From: a virus
Reading direction: 5' to 3' (one strand)
DNA length: 64,000 nucleotides
IMG/VR virus record: IMGVR_UViG_3300042298_003052
Span: 75,449-139,448 of that record
The translations under genes and the position numbers were made by a program. This document shows positions 1-10,396 of the stretch, one piece after another; position 1 is the first letter of the stretch, and each line of letters starts with the position of its first letter. Under the pieces are notes generated by a model, which saw only the letters and a program-made list of their open reading frames with translations, was not told where the DNA came from and ran no database searches.

Positions 1-3
1 GAA

Positions 4-420
4 TTGACTTCGGTTAAGGATTTTGAATATTTCTTAACCACCTATAAGATGCACATAAACGACAGTAAAGATGATTTCAAATATGACATGGAAGAGGGTA
101 AAAGGATCGTACATGAATTGACTCCATTTCCTCTTAATGAAACCACTATAAAAGAGACATTAACTAGACAAGGGCGTTGGTTAATGGCAACACGAATAAA
201 GCAAGGTATGAGTTCACAATGGGTGTTCGCTATGAACCTTGGTTATAACCCTTCTTTCGTTCAACATCGTGAGAGTGGAGAGACTCCTATAAAGTTAGAA
301 GAACTCATGGAAATCTCTAATATATGGAATATGAACTATTTGGATCTAGGAGAGATTTTATTATCCGAAGATGTTATAACTACGCAAGATATTCAACGCC
401 TGAGAAACGAGTACTGTTAG
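4..420 (+). CDS. XRE-type HTH domain protein (may be 5'-truncated by the window edge)
   Basis: RIKQGMSSQWVFAMNLGYNPSFVQHRESGETPIKLEELMEISNIW resembles an XRE HTH. Confidence 0.55.
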   Translation: MTSVKDFEYFLTTYKMHINDSKDDFKYDMEEGKRIVHELTPFPLNETTIKETLTRQGRWLMATRIKQGMSSQWVFAMNLGYNPSFVQHRESGETPIKLEELMEISNIWNMNYLDLGEILLSEDVITTQDIQRLRNEYC

Positions 421-1313
421 GATCTTAAACAGCTTGCGGCGGGTAGTGCGCCTCTATTACAAATAGAGTGTTCTAACAATTCGTGTCTTTCTCCACCTAA
501 CGTGCAATATCTACTAAAGTTAAATGCCGTTACATCTACACCTTCAGCGTTGCACATATCCAACATCCAAGGCGAAGGTATCAAATGATCGCACGTGTAG
601 ATTGTCTTACCTTTAGAATCTTTAGTATTCTCATAGAATGACACGTCCCTATTGTATTTAGCACTACAATCAGGACAAATAAAAATAGGTTTGTCTAGCT
701 TGCTACCTGTGGAACAATCATTGTGGATGCGATCGTTCAAAGTTTTAGCTGTGTCAGAACCCGTAGGGATAGCTACATTCAAAAATAACCAAATGTATCC
801 TTCATTCTGAATTATTTCTTGGTTATATCCTCTATGACCACCACCATCGATGATGCGATCTTCTACTGTACGTTCTCTGACGACTTTAGCATCAACAATA
901 AAGCCTTTGGCAGCGTAACTATTAGCCATGTCATGATCTACTAGAAGAGGTCTTCCTACGGCTGTAGATGCTAGCTGTAACATTGAGCTAGGATGCCACC
1001 GACGAAGACCATAGTCCACTAGATTGTTACTGGCCATAAAAGGAACCATTGTCCAATCAGTAGACGTATATACATTACCCGTAAGTATTGAAATAAGATC
1101 TAATTCATATTTATTGGGAAAACCAATTTGATTACGAATACCGTTTTCGTATTCTTCATCGTCTTCATCATTATCGGTTTCTTCTTCTTCCACTTCTATA
1201 GTAACCACGGTGCTACGTTGTAATTCTAAAAGATCTTCAATAGATTTTTGAACAGAATTGATAGTGGCCATCAACTCTTCGTTGCTAATAGTAGAAGAAG
1301 ATTCAGTCGTCAT
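417..1313 (-). CDS. putative prohead (capsid maturation) protease with Zn-ribbon insertion
   Basis: GRPLLVDHD (catalytic His position), CSTG, CPDC...CDH, C-terminal ELLEHSICNRGA (Ser motif); same strand as and downstream of the portal. Confidence 0.6.
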   Translation of the reverse strand: MTTESSSTISNEELMATINSVQKSIEDLLELQRSTVVTIEVEEEETDNDEDDEEYENGIRNQIGFPNKYELDLISILTGNVYTSTDWTMVPFMASNNLVDYGLRRWHPSSMLQLASTAVGRPLLVDHDMANSYAAKGFIVDAKVVRERTVEDRIIDGGGHRGYNQEIIQNEGYIWLFLNVAIPTGSDTAKTLNDRIHNDCSTGSKLDKPIFICPDCSAKYNRDVSFYENTKDSKGKTIYTCDHLIPSPWMLDMCNAEGVDVTAFNFSRYCTLGGERHELLEHSICNRGALPAASCLRS

Positions 1314-1387
1314 GATCGTACAGAATTACACTATTTTTTACAATAGTAAATTCTCATACAATTTATACACGTGGATAGCCATTTACC

Positions 1388-1708
1388 TTAATCTATGGAA
1401 ATGTTTCCAATCTTCTCACTGTCAGAAGCCCATGGAGCTGTAGAAACTTTTGAATGTTTCGCTTTGATAACTATAGTGAAACGATGATCCTCAACGAACC
1501 AGATTGACCAACTATTATTAGCGGCGACACTACGAAAACGATAAAAGTATTTCTTTTGATCGCTGTCCCAACGTCTATCCATCTCTAATATCTCAGCCTG
1601 CAATGGACAGAATATGGACATGCTCCCATCTGGAGTTCGTAACTGTCCGTTCAAAAACTGTATACAATCGCCTATAGTTAATTCGCTAATAATCCGTTTG
1701 TTAAGCAT
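1388..1708 (-). CDS. hypothetical protein
   Basis: 106-aa ORF with ATG start. Confidence 0.5.
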   Translation of the reverse strand: MLNKRIISELTIGDCIQFLNGQLRTPDGSMSIFCPLQAEILEMDRRWDSDQKKYFYRFRSVAANNSWSIWFVEDHRFTIVIKAKHSKVSTAPWASDSEKIGNISID

Positions 1709-1758
1709 TTCGGTTTGTGATATACTTCCTTAAGTATAGCCTATCGGAGTGTTAATAT

Positions 1759-1923
1759 ATGGTTTTAACCGATGCTATTTTAGAAGAAATCCAATCTTGT
1801 AAAGACACGTTAAACAATTTGTCACCAAATGATAACAGATCGTTTTGGGTATCACGTCATTTAGCCAGACTTGTATTGGAATTGGAACTTACCAAAAACC
1901 ATGTTAGAACTTTTGATTATTGA
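1759..1923 (+). CDS. small hypothetical protein (54 aa, not in ORF track)
   Basis: GGAG RBS, ATG at 1759, MVLTDAILEEIQSCKDTL...; upstream TGaTATACT extended -10 near 1718. Confidence 0.5.
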   Translation: MVLTDAILEEIQSCKDTLNNLSPNDNRSFWVSRHLARLVLELELTKNHVRTFDY

Positions 1924-2113
1924 TCTAAACACGATCGCTATTGTGTTTGTTGTTAAAGAAGACCAGCGATCGCTAGATAGTTCTATAGAGGAAGAACTAC
2001 AAATAGCGATCGCTGATTTTAAGGCGTCATCGGATTGTGTACGGGTCGAAACACATATTGTTCGGCCCTCTTTCTTAATCTTTCACGACGTTTGCCAACC
2101 TCCTGATAATTAG
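1901..2113 (+). CDS. hypothetical protein
   Basis: ATG at 1901 overlapping the upstream ORF. Confidence 0.45.
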   Translation: MLELLIIDLNTIAIVFVVKEDQRSLDSSIEEELQIAIADFKASSDCVRVETHIVRPSFLIFHDVCQPPDN

Positions 2114-2273
2114 ACATCATCAACAAAAATTCTCTATTGTGCATTTTAGTGAACCTCTTACGATCGTTTACACGATCTTAACATGGGGAGGAGATCTAAT
2201 AGACAAGAAAATTGTTTTATGTTTTTCAAAAATATCAACAGCCATCTGATCTAAGATAGAACGCTACAACGGT

Positions 2274-2585
2274 TTAGCGATTCTCAGTTTCTAAAGAATC
2301 AGAGCCAAATTTATCAGCGAGAAGATATAAACCGCCCATACTTAACCAATCCCAGGCGTCTACCATGTAAAGAGAAAGATAAGGAGGTCCACCACGACTT
2401 TGCATCTTGGCGTAACCATATATGGTTTCTCCATTTTTCATTACGATACGATATAGAAACTTGCCTGTGTGAGGCACATAAGCAGGTTCCACATATAACA
2501 CGTCAGGGTGAATAGCCCGTAGATGTGCGGGTTTATGACTGGCTTGGACGACAGATTTTAGGATGCTTATCTTTCGCTGATCCAT
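2274..2585 (-). CDS. hypothetical protein
   Basis: 103-aa ORF downstream of the endolysin. Confidence 0.55.
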   Translation of the reverse strand: MDQRKISILKSVVQASHKPAHLRAIHPDVLYVEPAYVPHTGKFLYRIVMKNGETIYGYAKMQSRGGPPYLSLYMVDAWDWLSMGGLYLLADKFGSDSLETENR

Positions 2586-2672
2586 GACTCTACCTAAACC
2601 ATAGTTAGATTATCTGATCTAAGACGCGATCTACAAATAGCAACAAACCGAATTAACAAGTACAGAATACCG

Positions 2673-3419
2673 TTAACCGCCAGGATAAATCCATCTGGCA
2701 TCACCAGATCTATCATCAACGTGTAGAAACTGCATACTGTTACTATATGCTAAACCACCTCGCCATTCATCATTAAGAAGTCTATAAAGTTCTAAAGGCG
2801 ATCGTCCAGGAATGGCTATATCTAACGCTTTGCCTTGAACGTGCATACTAAAAGGGGCACCTCCAACACGGGCATTAGTCTCAGGATCTCTGTAACCACT
2901 ACGGATGATAATGGATTTTCCAAAATGATCGCATATCTTTTGAGCTTTTATAGAAATACTTATTAAATTCGCCACTACAGACACATTAGCAGGACGACGA
3001 TAATTACCAGAAGGTGTAAAATGTAATACTTCACCCCATGTAATATTAGGTGCCTTGCGATCGTGTATAGGTTGTCCTGACCAAGTTCTAACGCTGTTAC
3101 CAGGTAAAAGAAATGATACACCGAGATCCTTAGGCTTACTTACAGAAGAATCTATAGGTTTATTGTCCATACTAAAACCGCTTTGATCTTCTATAGCACC
3201 TTTCCAGACATACCAAGTGTTTTTGCCACTTTTGTGAATAGTTTTAGGATCAATTTTTTCAATATCTAACGTGAAGACAATGTGACTCCCTTCTTCCCTA
3301 TATGCTGCAATAGGAAAAGTCTTACCACGTTTGGCAATAGCGAGTTCTTCTTTACCAATAGTGCTGCTATCTGCGGCACTAGGTTTTAGATACGTATCTG
3401 AAGTTGTGATAAGTTCCAT
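2673..3419 (-). CDS. endolysin, peptidase M15A family, with N-terminal cyanobacterial cell-wall-binding-like domain
   Basis: IRSGYRDPETNARVGGAPFSMHVQGKALDI and FLHVD Zn-peptidase M15_3 motifs; N-terminal TYLKPSAADSS motif. Confidence 0.85.
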   Translation of the reverse strand: MELITTSDTYLKPSAADSSTIGKEELAIAKRGKTFPIAAYREEGSHIVFTLDIEKIDPKTIHKSGKNTWYVWKGAIEDQSGFSMDNKPIDSSVSKPKDLGVSFLLPGNSVRTWSGQPIHDRKAPNITWGEVLHFTPSGNYRRPANVSVVANLISISIKAQKICDHFGKSIIIRSGYRDPETNARVGGAPFSMHVQGKALDIAIPGRSPLELYRLLNDEWRGGLAYSNSMQFLHVDDRSGDARWIYPGG

Positions 3420-3502
3420 GGCTATACAACGCTATTTACAGTTATCATTTTAGCGTTTTAGCCTTTTATTTATTTATAATTAAAGATAATAAGTTATCTG
3501 GT

Positions 3503-4831
3503 TTATGCTACCAAAAGATCGCCATTATAAAAACAGTGTCCATCAATGAAAGGTATTTGTGTAACTGTAGAATCAAAAGTCTGCCAGTCATCTCTTGAAA
3601 AATGAGTGATAATAGTTACACCTTGTTGGTAATTACGTTCTACGCCATAACCAGGTAGTGTAGGGTCTTGTTTACCGATCATACCTGGACAAACACCCCA
3701 CATTCTCTTGTATCTTATACCAGAATCCGTAGGTACAGGAATCATCTGTGAGACAGTAGACTGCCTGTGAATATGTCCCATAACAACATTTGAATAGTAG
3801 GATTTCATGGTATCAGCGATCGCATCTTTACCGCATTTTTCACCATGAGTATAAATCCAATCACGATGTTTCCATACGTTAGCTCCGCTAGTATAACCAT
3901 CGAAGCCTTCTTCAGTAAAACCACCATGATAAATTATGTTCTTACCAGTAAAATCTAACATGTCAGATATGCTAGGGATGGTAAACGTAAATCCAGGAAC
4001 GTCCACGACTGTTTTGATCGCCTCTCTTACATAGTCGCCAACTCTTTTATCGTGATTTCCTTCTATAACTCTAAATTCACAATCTGTAAGTTCTCTGATA
4101 TCGTGGAAGAAAGTCGCTGCCGTCTGTAATGATTTTTGAGTATGACCTTTAAGATCTACTCCATGGGGGTGACGACCAAATTCAGGAAAGTCTAATGTGT
4201 CACCTAACGCCACAATAAGATGTGGATTCAATAGTTCTACTAACTTTAGAACCAAAATTAAAGCTTTTTCGTCATGGGTGGATACTAGATTCCCATTGAC
4301 AGAACGATATCCAAAATGAATATCAGGTAATACTAATATGTTCTCTACGTTTTTTGGTCTACTATCGAATTTATACTTTGATTCAGGTCTAGTCCATGTT
4401 ACTTGTTGTAAACCAAATTCAATAGGATTAATTGTCTTAGGTACGATGTTAGCAGTAACACCAAAGTTTTCAATCTGAGTAAGAGTGTCTTGACCTCCTT
4501 TGTCTCTAAGTTTCATAGAGGTCGTCCAACTCTTTACACGCCCATTAGTCATTGTGTAATAGTCGGTATCTATACCCTTAGATTTTAGATACTCAATAGG
4601 ATCTGCTGGAGATCCAATCGTTGTTATATTGGCCGTTATGATACCAGTTGCGTCATCTTTTTGTATATCAACTGTTACTTCGGTCTTAGAAATTCCTTGT
4701 TTACGACGATCGCTTTTTGCTTTGTAACGACAAGATTTACAATCCTTTCTATATGTTCCACGATCAGAACGAAGTTCAAACTTATCTATGGACAAAATTT
4801 CTTTACAAGTGTCACACTCTTTTGTTTCCAT
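3503..4831 (-). CDS. calcineurin-like metallophosphoesterase with N-terminal Zn finger
   Basis: DIHFG, GDTLD, GNHD, THG and GHIHR motifs; N-terminal CxxC...CxxC. Confidence 0.85.
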   Translation of the reverse strand: METKECDTCKEILSIDKFELRSDRGTYRKDCKSCRYKAKSDRRKQGISKTEVTVDIQKDDATGIITANITTIGSPADPIEYLKSKGIDTDYYTMTNGRVKSWTTSMKLRDKGGQDTLTQIENFGVTANIVPKTINPIEFGLQQVTWTRPESKYKFDSRPKNVENILVLPDIHFGYRSVNGNLVSTHDEKALILVLKLVELLNPHLIVALGDTLDFPEFGRHPHGVDLKGHTQKSLQTAATFFHDIRELTDCEFRVIEGNHDKRVGDYVREAIKTVVDVPGFTFTIPSISDMLDFTGKNIIYHGGFTEEGFDGYTSGANVWKHRDWIYTHGEKCGKDAIADTMKSYYSNVVMGHIHRQSTVSQMIPVPTDSGIRYKRMWGVCPGMIGKQDPTLPGYGVERNYQQGVTIITHFSRDDWQTFDSTVTQIPFIDGHCFYNGDLLVA

Positions 4832-4887
4832 AAGGATCCATAGAAAATAGTTGGAAAGTTATATTCTATTACAGGATACAGAAAAAA

Positions 4888-5499
4888 TCAAACTTCTTCT
4901 AGATCTTCGTCGTCGTTAATGCTGTAAAGAATAGGATTACCTTCTTGGTTAATTAATTGAATACCTCCTTGCATAGCCCATTGATATTCATCAACCAAAC
5001 GAAGTCCATTAGAATCTTTTACGCCATGGGCGATCGTTTTGATGGTATCACCATCTGGTTCAATAATACGCAACAAGTGATAGTTCTCTTCCGGTCCCTC
5101 TATGATATAGTTCTCCACGGGCACTGATGACAATACACCATCAACACAACTCATCATGACTTGTATAGCCCATTCCTCAAACGATATTTCTTTTACGAAA
5201 TTACGTTTAGATATACCATGAGCAATGGGTATCAGTCTCTTAGTTGTTACCACTTCAGGTAGATCAAGATTATCTTCGTTAATCTCTTCCTCCATACGTT
5301 CTTCAAACAATCGAATAAGAAATATATTGTCTTCTCTCTGATAACAATATCCATCAAAGCCAGATGGTATATCTCCTATTACAACGTTGAGTAGGTTGGC
5401 TTTAATAAGTTGTTCAGCTTTATTCTTCTTATTTAGAAAAGCTCCATAAGCAAGAATAGCTGCACTTCCTGAAATAAAACCGAGAATATATTGGATCAT
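4888..5499 (-). CDS. membrane-anchored protein with internal duplication
   Basis: N-terminal TM segment; repeated IAHG...EWA/QWA unit. Confidence 0.55.
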   Translation of the reverse strand: MIQYILGFISGSAAILAYGAFLNKKNKAEQLIKANLLNVVIGDIPSGFDGYCYQREDNIFLIRLFEERMEEEINEDNLDLPEVVTTKRLIPIAHGISKRNFVKEISFEEWAIQVMMSCVDGVLSSVPVENYIIEGPEENYHLLRIIEPDGDTIKTIAHGVKDSNGLRLVDEYQWAMQGGIQLINQEGNPILYSINDDEDLEEV

Positions 5500-5511
5500 A
5501 GATACTCCTCG

Positions 5512-5892
5512 TTATATACGTTTTAACATCCAACCGTTCTCGTAACTTATAGCAGGATTATCATGTATGTAACGATGACATACATTATTTACAGCCATTA
5601 AGTTACCAGAATATATGAGAAGTGGAATGCTATCGATAAAATGTTCTTGAATAATTTCCACTAATTGTGGACTATATAACAAGAGTTCTTCCTTTATAGA
5701 ATCCCTATCTAGACGTATAACACCTTGTCTCCCTCTTTTATGGTGTACTGTGTCACTGTATAACTTATCACAATGTTGACACCTTGTAAAAGATTGAAGG
5801 ACACGAATTTTAGTCTCAGTATTGTAAAAATCCAGTAAAGTCTTTTTTAGATGTTCTCTATTTTTATGACGATCGCTTTGTCTAGACTTCAT
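5512..5892 (-). CDS. HNH endonuclease
   Basis: CQHC...VHHKRGR...NLMAVNNVCHRYIH...GW pattern. Confidence 0.75.
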   Translation of the reverse strand: MKSRQSDRHKNREHLKKTLLDFYNTETKIRVLQSFTRCQHCDKLYSDTVHHKRGRQGVIRLDRDSIKEELLLYSPQLVEIIQEHFIDSIPLLIYSGNLMAVNNVCHRYIHDNPAISYENGWMLKRI

Positions 5893-6148
5893 TATTCAGA
5901 TTCTTGATTTTATATATTACATAGGGCCATCCAAACAACGATAGCACAAACCATTTTATCCAAAAATGAGAAGAGAATATCTTTTCAGCACTATTACCAA
6001 ACTCCAAGCCTAATATAACAAATAATCCTTCATCGTTGATAATCAACGCCGTTAAGACCAATAATAGTAGGAGTGTTGTTAAAACCACACCTACCAGTAG
6101 GTATGACACACAAAGCTCAAAGATCACACTAAGAATTTCGCTATACAT
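5882..6148 (-). CDS. small membrane protein
   Basis: two hydrophobic segments, WP motif. Confidence 0.55.
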   Translation of the reverse strand: MYSEILSVIFELCVSYLLVGVVLTTLLLLLVLTALIINDEGLFVILGLEFGNSAEKIFSSHFWIKWFVLSLFGWPYVIYKIKNLNNEV

Positions 6149-6348
6149 GGTAATACTGTAACACTCTTGTTAGATAGATGTTTCTCAGCTCTGTGAATAG
6201 CCGACAACTCATTTCGCGCCCATATAGCGATGATGGTGCGATCTAAGAATCGATTGTGTTTTCTACTGTAGCGATCGCACTGAACCCAATACAACTGCTG
6301 GCGTAACAACCTACGCCACAATCTTTGGATTTTAGTGATTAACCACAT
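6124..6348 (-). CDS. hypothetical protein
   Basis: ATG ORF overlapping the next gene. Confidence 0.5.
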   Translation of the reverse strand: MWLITKIQRLWRRLLRQQLYWVQCDRYSRKHNRFLDRTIIAIWARNELSAIHRAEKHLSNKSVTVLPCIAKFLV

Positions 6349-6440
6349 GCGCCACTAGGATATGTTTTAAGAATCATAACACAGCAAGAGAAACGTGTGT
6401 TAGCATAATAGCTATGTTGTTGGAACTTTAATACTATATT

Positions 6441-6749
6441 ATGCTACCGGAACTGATACTCATTTCTGATATACACAGAAGTTTGTTAGAAGCTGCGTTC
6501 ATCTCGTACATAGACGAAGATCTAAACGAACTAGATGAACTGTGGTACGAACAGTGCGATAACGAACAACAAAAACAAATAGACAAAAAAGGTAAATACA
6601 AATTCTACATTAAACCTATGTTGGATCTAGGTTTGATAGAATTGAATACTAAGAAAAGACTATATTATTGTACAGAGGAAGGAAAAACAGTACTCCTTAG
6701 ATTGAGCGAAGATTTTCCTATGTATAGAGAAGGATTAATCGATTACTAA
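6441..6749 (+). CDS. hypothetical protein, possible winged helix
   Basis: LDLGLIE...YYCTEEGK wing-like motif. Confidence 0.5.
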   Translation: MLPELILISDIHRSLLEAAFISYIDEDLNELDELWYEQCDNEQQKQIDKKGKYKFYIKPMLDLGLIELNTKKRLYYCTEEGKTVLLRLSEDFPMYREGLIDY

Positions 6750-8003
6750 ATCAACACTATCCACATCTTGTGAATCAAGAATAACATAGTCGTTGAAATG
6801 AAATGCGTCACCCACAATGTCCTGTATAGGAGTAGACGCTGCTAAGTGTGGACAAGAAAACGTTCTATTGTTGTGTTCGTCTTCATAATAAGTATCCACA
6901 CGTACTTGATCGCCTGATTTTAGCATTTCGCAATTAGGACAGCGGAGATGAGGTTTATATAGAAAAATAGTAAATGATACACTCTTATAAACCTTATCTT
7001 CAATGTTCTTAAACAATGTAGAACTACGAGAAACAGCGATCGCTAATACCAACGAAGCTAATCCTTCTTTCTCTATAATCTCTTTGTTATGATCGCTAAA
7101 GCCTTCAAAATTTTCGTCGATAACAACTGAACTGGATAAGATAAAATTGTCATCGTCTACGACAAGATTCTCTCCTACGAGATTAGCTCCAATCTTAGTT
7201 AACAACTTCACATCTAACTTGCGATCGTTCTGATTGACAAGATTATTAGCGATATTTAGTTTTACGATAACCCAATCATCAGCGATCGTACTTTCCTCTG
7301 TTAGTTCACATATCTGGGTGAGTTCTTTCTCAGTTACATCTGTAGCGTTTGAGAAAGCTTTATAAAACTCATCTTCTGAAACATCTAACACAAACCGTCT
7401 TGAATTGTCTGAGGACGTAACACTCTTATTAGAGGATTTATTAGGATCATAAGCCCAATTCTTTAACGATATGTCACGTTTACTAGGACACTCTTTAGAG
7501 ACAGGTTCCCCATTAGGCATATTTTTCATACGACTTACAAAACTAATGGTTCTGTTAGCCCATCTAATATGCTTATTAGTCCACTCTGCTTTCTCAGTTT
7601 TTAGAAGTTCTAAATTTCTTTTGATTGGAAGGCGAGAAATAGAGGCTTTCCTGCTACATTCGGTTTCTGACCATCTTTGTAGTTCAGAAGCCGACATATT
7701 TACAGCATCTCTATATTTTCCATATACTTCGTCCAGTCTGTCACTATCAACAGCTCTTTTAGATTCAATAGGCTGAATTTTTGTCAAAGCAGAACCTTTA
7801 TGACCTACCAATGTGTCAGTAGGTTCAGAATCTCTATAGACTCTAATTTGATAAGCAGGATCTTCTGGAGTTCCTTCGACCTTCACATCGATGTCTGGCA
7901 CAAGACCATCAGTGACTTTTTTAGTTATTTTACCTCTAGCTCTACCACCACTAGAGTTCCAACTTACAAACTCACCTACTTTGAAATCTTTTGGATTAGC
8001 CAT
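6735..8003 (-). CDS. fusion of DUF2945 (Tudor-like) + DUF3140-like + degenerate prohead-protease paralog
   Basis: FKVGEFVSWNSSGG...GTPEDPAY...VGHKGSAL (DUF2945); VNMSASELQRW...RDISLKNWAYDP (DUF3140-like); C-terminal half aligns with 417..1313 (ANNLV, CPNC, SCPHL). Confidence 0.65.
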   Translation of the reverse strand: MANPKDFKVGEFVSWNSSGGRARGKITKKVTDGLVPDIDVKVEGTPEDPAYQIRVYRDSEPTDTLVGHKGSALTKIQPIESKRAVDSDRLDEVYGKYRDAVNMSASELQRWSETECSRKASISRLPIKRNLELLKTEKAEWTNKHIRWANRTISFVSRMKNMPNGEPVSKECPSKRDISLKNWAYDPNKSSNKSVTSSDNSRRFVLDVSEDEFYKAFSNATDVTEKELTQICELTEESTIADDWVIVKLNIANNLVNQNDRKLDVKLLTKIGANLVGENLVVDDDNFILSSSVVIDENFEGFSDHNKEIIEKEGLASLVLAIAVSRSSTLFKNIEDKVYKSVSFTIFLYKPHLRCPNCEMLKSGDQVRVDTYYEDEHNNRTFSCPHLAASTPIQDIVGDAFHFNDYVILDSQDVDSVDLVID

Positions 8004-8069
8004 GATACTCTAAATGTTATATAGATAGATTAGAGAAGATTGGATCATTCATCGTACAAAGATAGCAAT

Positions 8070-9437
8070 TCATCCAAAACGGGTTCTTAGAAAATCCCCA
8101 TTGAGTTGAACGAATTTTTCTTTTGCTTCTTCTTCCTGAACTTCTATAGGTTTACTAGGTTGACTAACTGGGTTTAATCCAGGGATACCATCAAAGTTTA
8201 CCCAACTAGGCCATGCTATTTCAACAAAGGGACGTTCTTCACACCATTCTTCATATCCATAGTTCAATGTATATTCAAGTCCTATGGCGTATATAATCTG
8301 TTCAGCAATGATAGATCGCGCATGTGCGATCGTTCTACCATAGGATATAGCAGGTAAATTACCTAGTTCTTTACTTGCACCTTGAACAATACCTAGTCCT
8401 GCAATAAGAGGTACAGGAACCGTAGGTAGCATACAAGAATACCGTGTCTGCATATAGTAATCCATAAGTCCTTTCAAAGAAGGATTGGCTTCACTACTGC
8501 GTCTAATGTCACTACCATGAGGTAGATAGACGTGACTTATGTAACCTTGACCACTTGCTAAGTTGGCCTCGAATTCGCTTCTGTAATTTTGTAAATAAGT
8601 ATTATCGTGTTGTTCACCACAGGTGTGTATCCAAAAGGCCAGTGATTCTCCTGCCGATCGCTCTAAAAGAATACTGGCATCTTTCATTTTACGCCAACTT
8701 TCTATTTGTGCGAAACACGCTGGGAATCCATAACGTTGTCGCATACCATAAGAGAACTGTAATATACGAGCTGTATCATAACCTCCCCAAATGCGATCGC
8801 TTTCAGAAGATTGTGTTCTTACTTGTTGTCGATAACTAATTAATTTCCCTGTTTCATCCTCTTCTACAAACATCGACCATGCTGGTAGATAATTAGATCG
8901 CTCAATGTACCATCGTCCTGCACCATCGTTTTGGATGCTTAATTCCATAAAAGCATCACCTCTACCATACGCCCCGTATACAGCTTGTTCGAGGCGTTGA
9001 GCACCAAGTACAGGATCTCTACCAGAATATCTATTGGATAAATCCCTTGCGATTCCTATTACTCTATCGTTAGGAGAGCGTTCTAACAGTAAACCATCAT
9101 CCCTTTTTGTTTTAACACGCCACGATTCAACACTACCATCAGATGACTGGAAACAATTCTGACTGATAAGACGTAAACATGTTGTCATCTCAGGACTCCA
9201 TGTTATCATCTCCTCACACTCTATGGCTAATGCTACATCACCGTAAAGTAATCCTCGTATGGGTAACTCTACAATGTCCCATACTCTCGTTCTGTAAGTG
9301 TTGTGACCGACAGGACGAAGTTGATCTTGGCTTCCTATAAGATCAGCACCTTGAGAAGGTCTTCCACGCTTGCGAGAACGCGATCTGCCGTTGACTAAGT
9401 ATAATAGATCGCTAACATTCTTGAAAAAAGAAGCCAT
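8070..9437 (-). CDS. portal protein
   Basis: 455 aa; GRGDAFMEL, YRQ and RYGFP motifs typical of portals; upstream of head genes. Confidence 0.65.
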   Translation of the reverse strand: MASFFKNVSDLLYLVNGRSRSRKRGRPSQGADLIGSQDQLRPVGHNTYRTRVWDIVELPIRGLLYGDVALAIECEEMITWSPEMTTCLRLISQNCFQSSDGSVESWRVKTKRDDGLLLERSPNDRVIGIARDLSNRYSGRDPVLGAQRLEQAVYGAYGRGDAFMELSIQNDGAGRWYIERSNYLPAWSMFVEEDETGKLISYRQQVRTQSSESDRIWGGYDTARILQFSYGMRQRYGFPACFAQIESWRKMKDASILLERSAGESLAFWIHTCGEQHDNTYLQNYRSEFEANLASGQGYISHVYLPHGSDIRRSSEANPSLKGLMDYYMQTRYSCMLPTVPVPLIAGLGIVQGASKELGNLPAISYGRTIAHARSIIAEQIIYAIGLEYTLNYGYEEWCEERPFVEIAWPSWVNFDGIPGLNPVSQPSKPIEVQEEEAKEKFVQLNGDFLRTRFG

Positions 9438-9477
9438 TTATGTTAAACTCTCAATCGGAGTAATAAGATCAACCATT

Positions 9478-9627
9478 ATGGACATAAATAACTTAGTACA
9501 AACAGAGCCGATAAGTCTTGCCTTATTTTCTTTTTTATTGGGCACCATGTTAACATTATCGCTAACCGTAAGTTTCACGTTCGTTTTTCTTTTACTTTTT
9601 AGAGATGATGAAACCCCTGACGAATGA
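9478..9627 (+). CDS. small membrane protein
   Basis: GGAG RBS, ATG at 9478, single TM segment. Confidence 0.45.
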   Translation: MDINNLVQTEPISLALFSFLLGTMLTLSLTVSFTFVFLLLFRDDETPDE

Positions 9628-9793
9628 TACTCTTGAATTGTTAGCAAGGAGTATTGTATCACAATTATCCTTTCAACAATCTGTGCAAGTAGCTGTGTTG
9701 ATTATTGCATATTGTTGGGGTTGTGGACGAAACGAAACAGAGTCCGTACTTGTTAAAGGAGTAAAGGAGTACTTCGATGGAAACTCAGACTGA
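9605..9793 (+). CDS. hypothetical protein
   Basis: overlapping member of a plus-strand operon. Confidence 0.5.
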   Translation: MMKPLTNDTLELLARSIVSQLSFQQSVQVAVLIIAYCWGCGRNETESVLVKGVKEYFDGNSD

Positions 9794-10034
9794 TATTTAC
9801 GAAAGGTTAAGTAAAGTAGAATTAGAATTGACAGCATTAAAGAAAGTGATTTCTAAGAACATCAACGATAATAATTCTTTGCATAGAGACATATATGAAA
9901 TAGCTACCGAAACCAACATAGCCCAATATGGATGTAGTATAGCTATTAGAACATTATTGGCGCGATTAGCTAAAGAATACGAGAACGATCGCGTCATATA
10001 TCAATTTATACAAACTTTGTACGAATCTCTATGA
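9777..10034 (+). CDS. hypothetical coiled-coil protein
   Basis: AAGGAG RBS; operon context. Confidence 0.55.
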   Translation: METQTDIYERLSKVELELTALKKVISKNINDNNSLHRDIYEIATETNIAQYGCSIAIRTLLARLAKEYENDRVIYQFIQTLYESL

Positions 10035-10396
10035 CAAAGATCGCAACTATTGAACAAAATAATCCCAAAAAAAATAACTTGATGCCGTGTTTTGCGATCG
10101 TCCTGCAACGTATAAACGGTATGGATCGTTATACGGAAATAGGGAAAGCTATAGCTGAGCGATCAGAATATCTCTATAACAAAAACGGTTTGTATATACA
10201 GCCTCAAAACGGTAAATCTCCGTATATTGACGGGTTTCAAAATTGTTTAGATCTGCTATGTTACCTTGTTCAAGCTGTAACAGAAGCCCTTATAGCTAAT
10301 GAAGATCAAGGAAAAATAGATGTACTCGAACGTTGCTTTCGTGCTACTCTAGAAATGGCTCTGATACTCTATGACAACGAGCAAAACAAATGTTGA
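10031..10396 (+). CDS. degenerate MazG-like/all-alpha phage protein
   Basis: ERSEYLYNKNG...NGKSPYIDGFQNCLDLLCYL resembles the R..G..KYG...EE.LD...Y family. Confidence 0.4.
   Translation: MTKIATIEQNNPKKNNLMPCFAIVLQRINGMDRYTEIGKAIAERSEYLYNKNGLYIQPQNGKSPYIDGFQNCLDLLCYLVQAVTEALIANEDQGKIDVLERCFRATLEMALILYDNEQNKC

Noticed and set aside
7471-8839. Plus-strand ORFs inside the head genes
   Set aside because: Antisense shadows of longer, motif-bearing minus-strand genes
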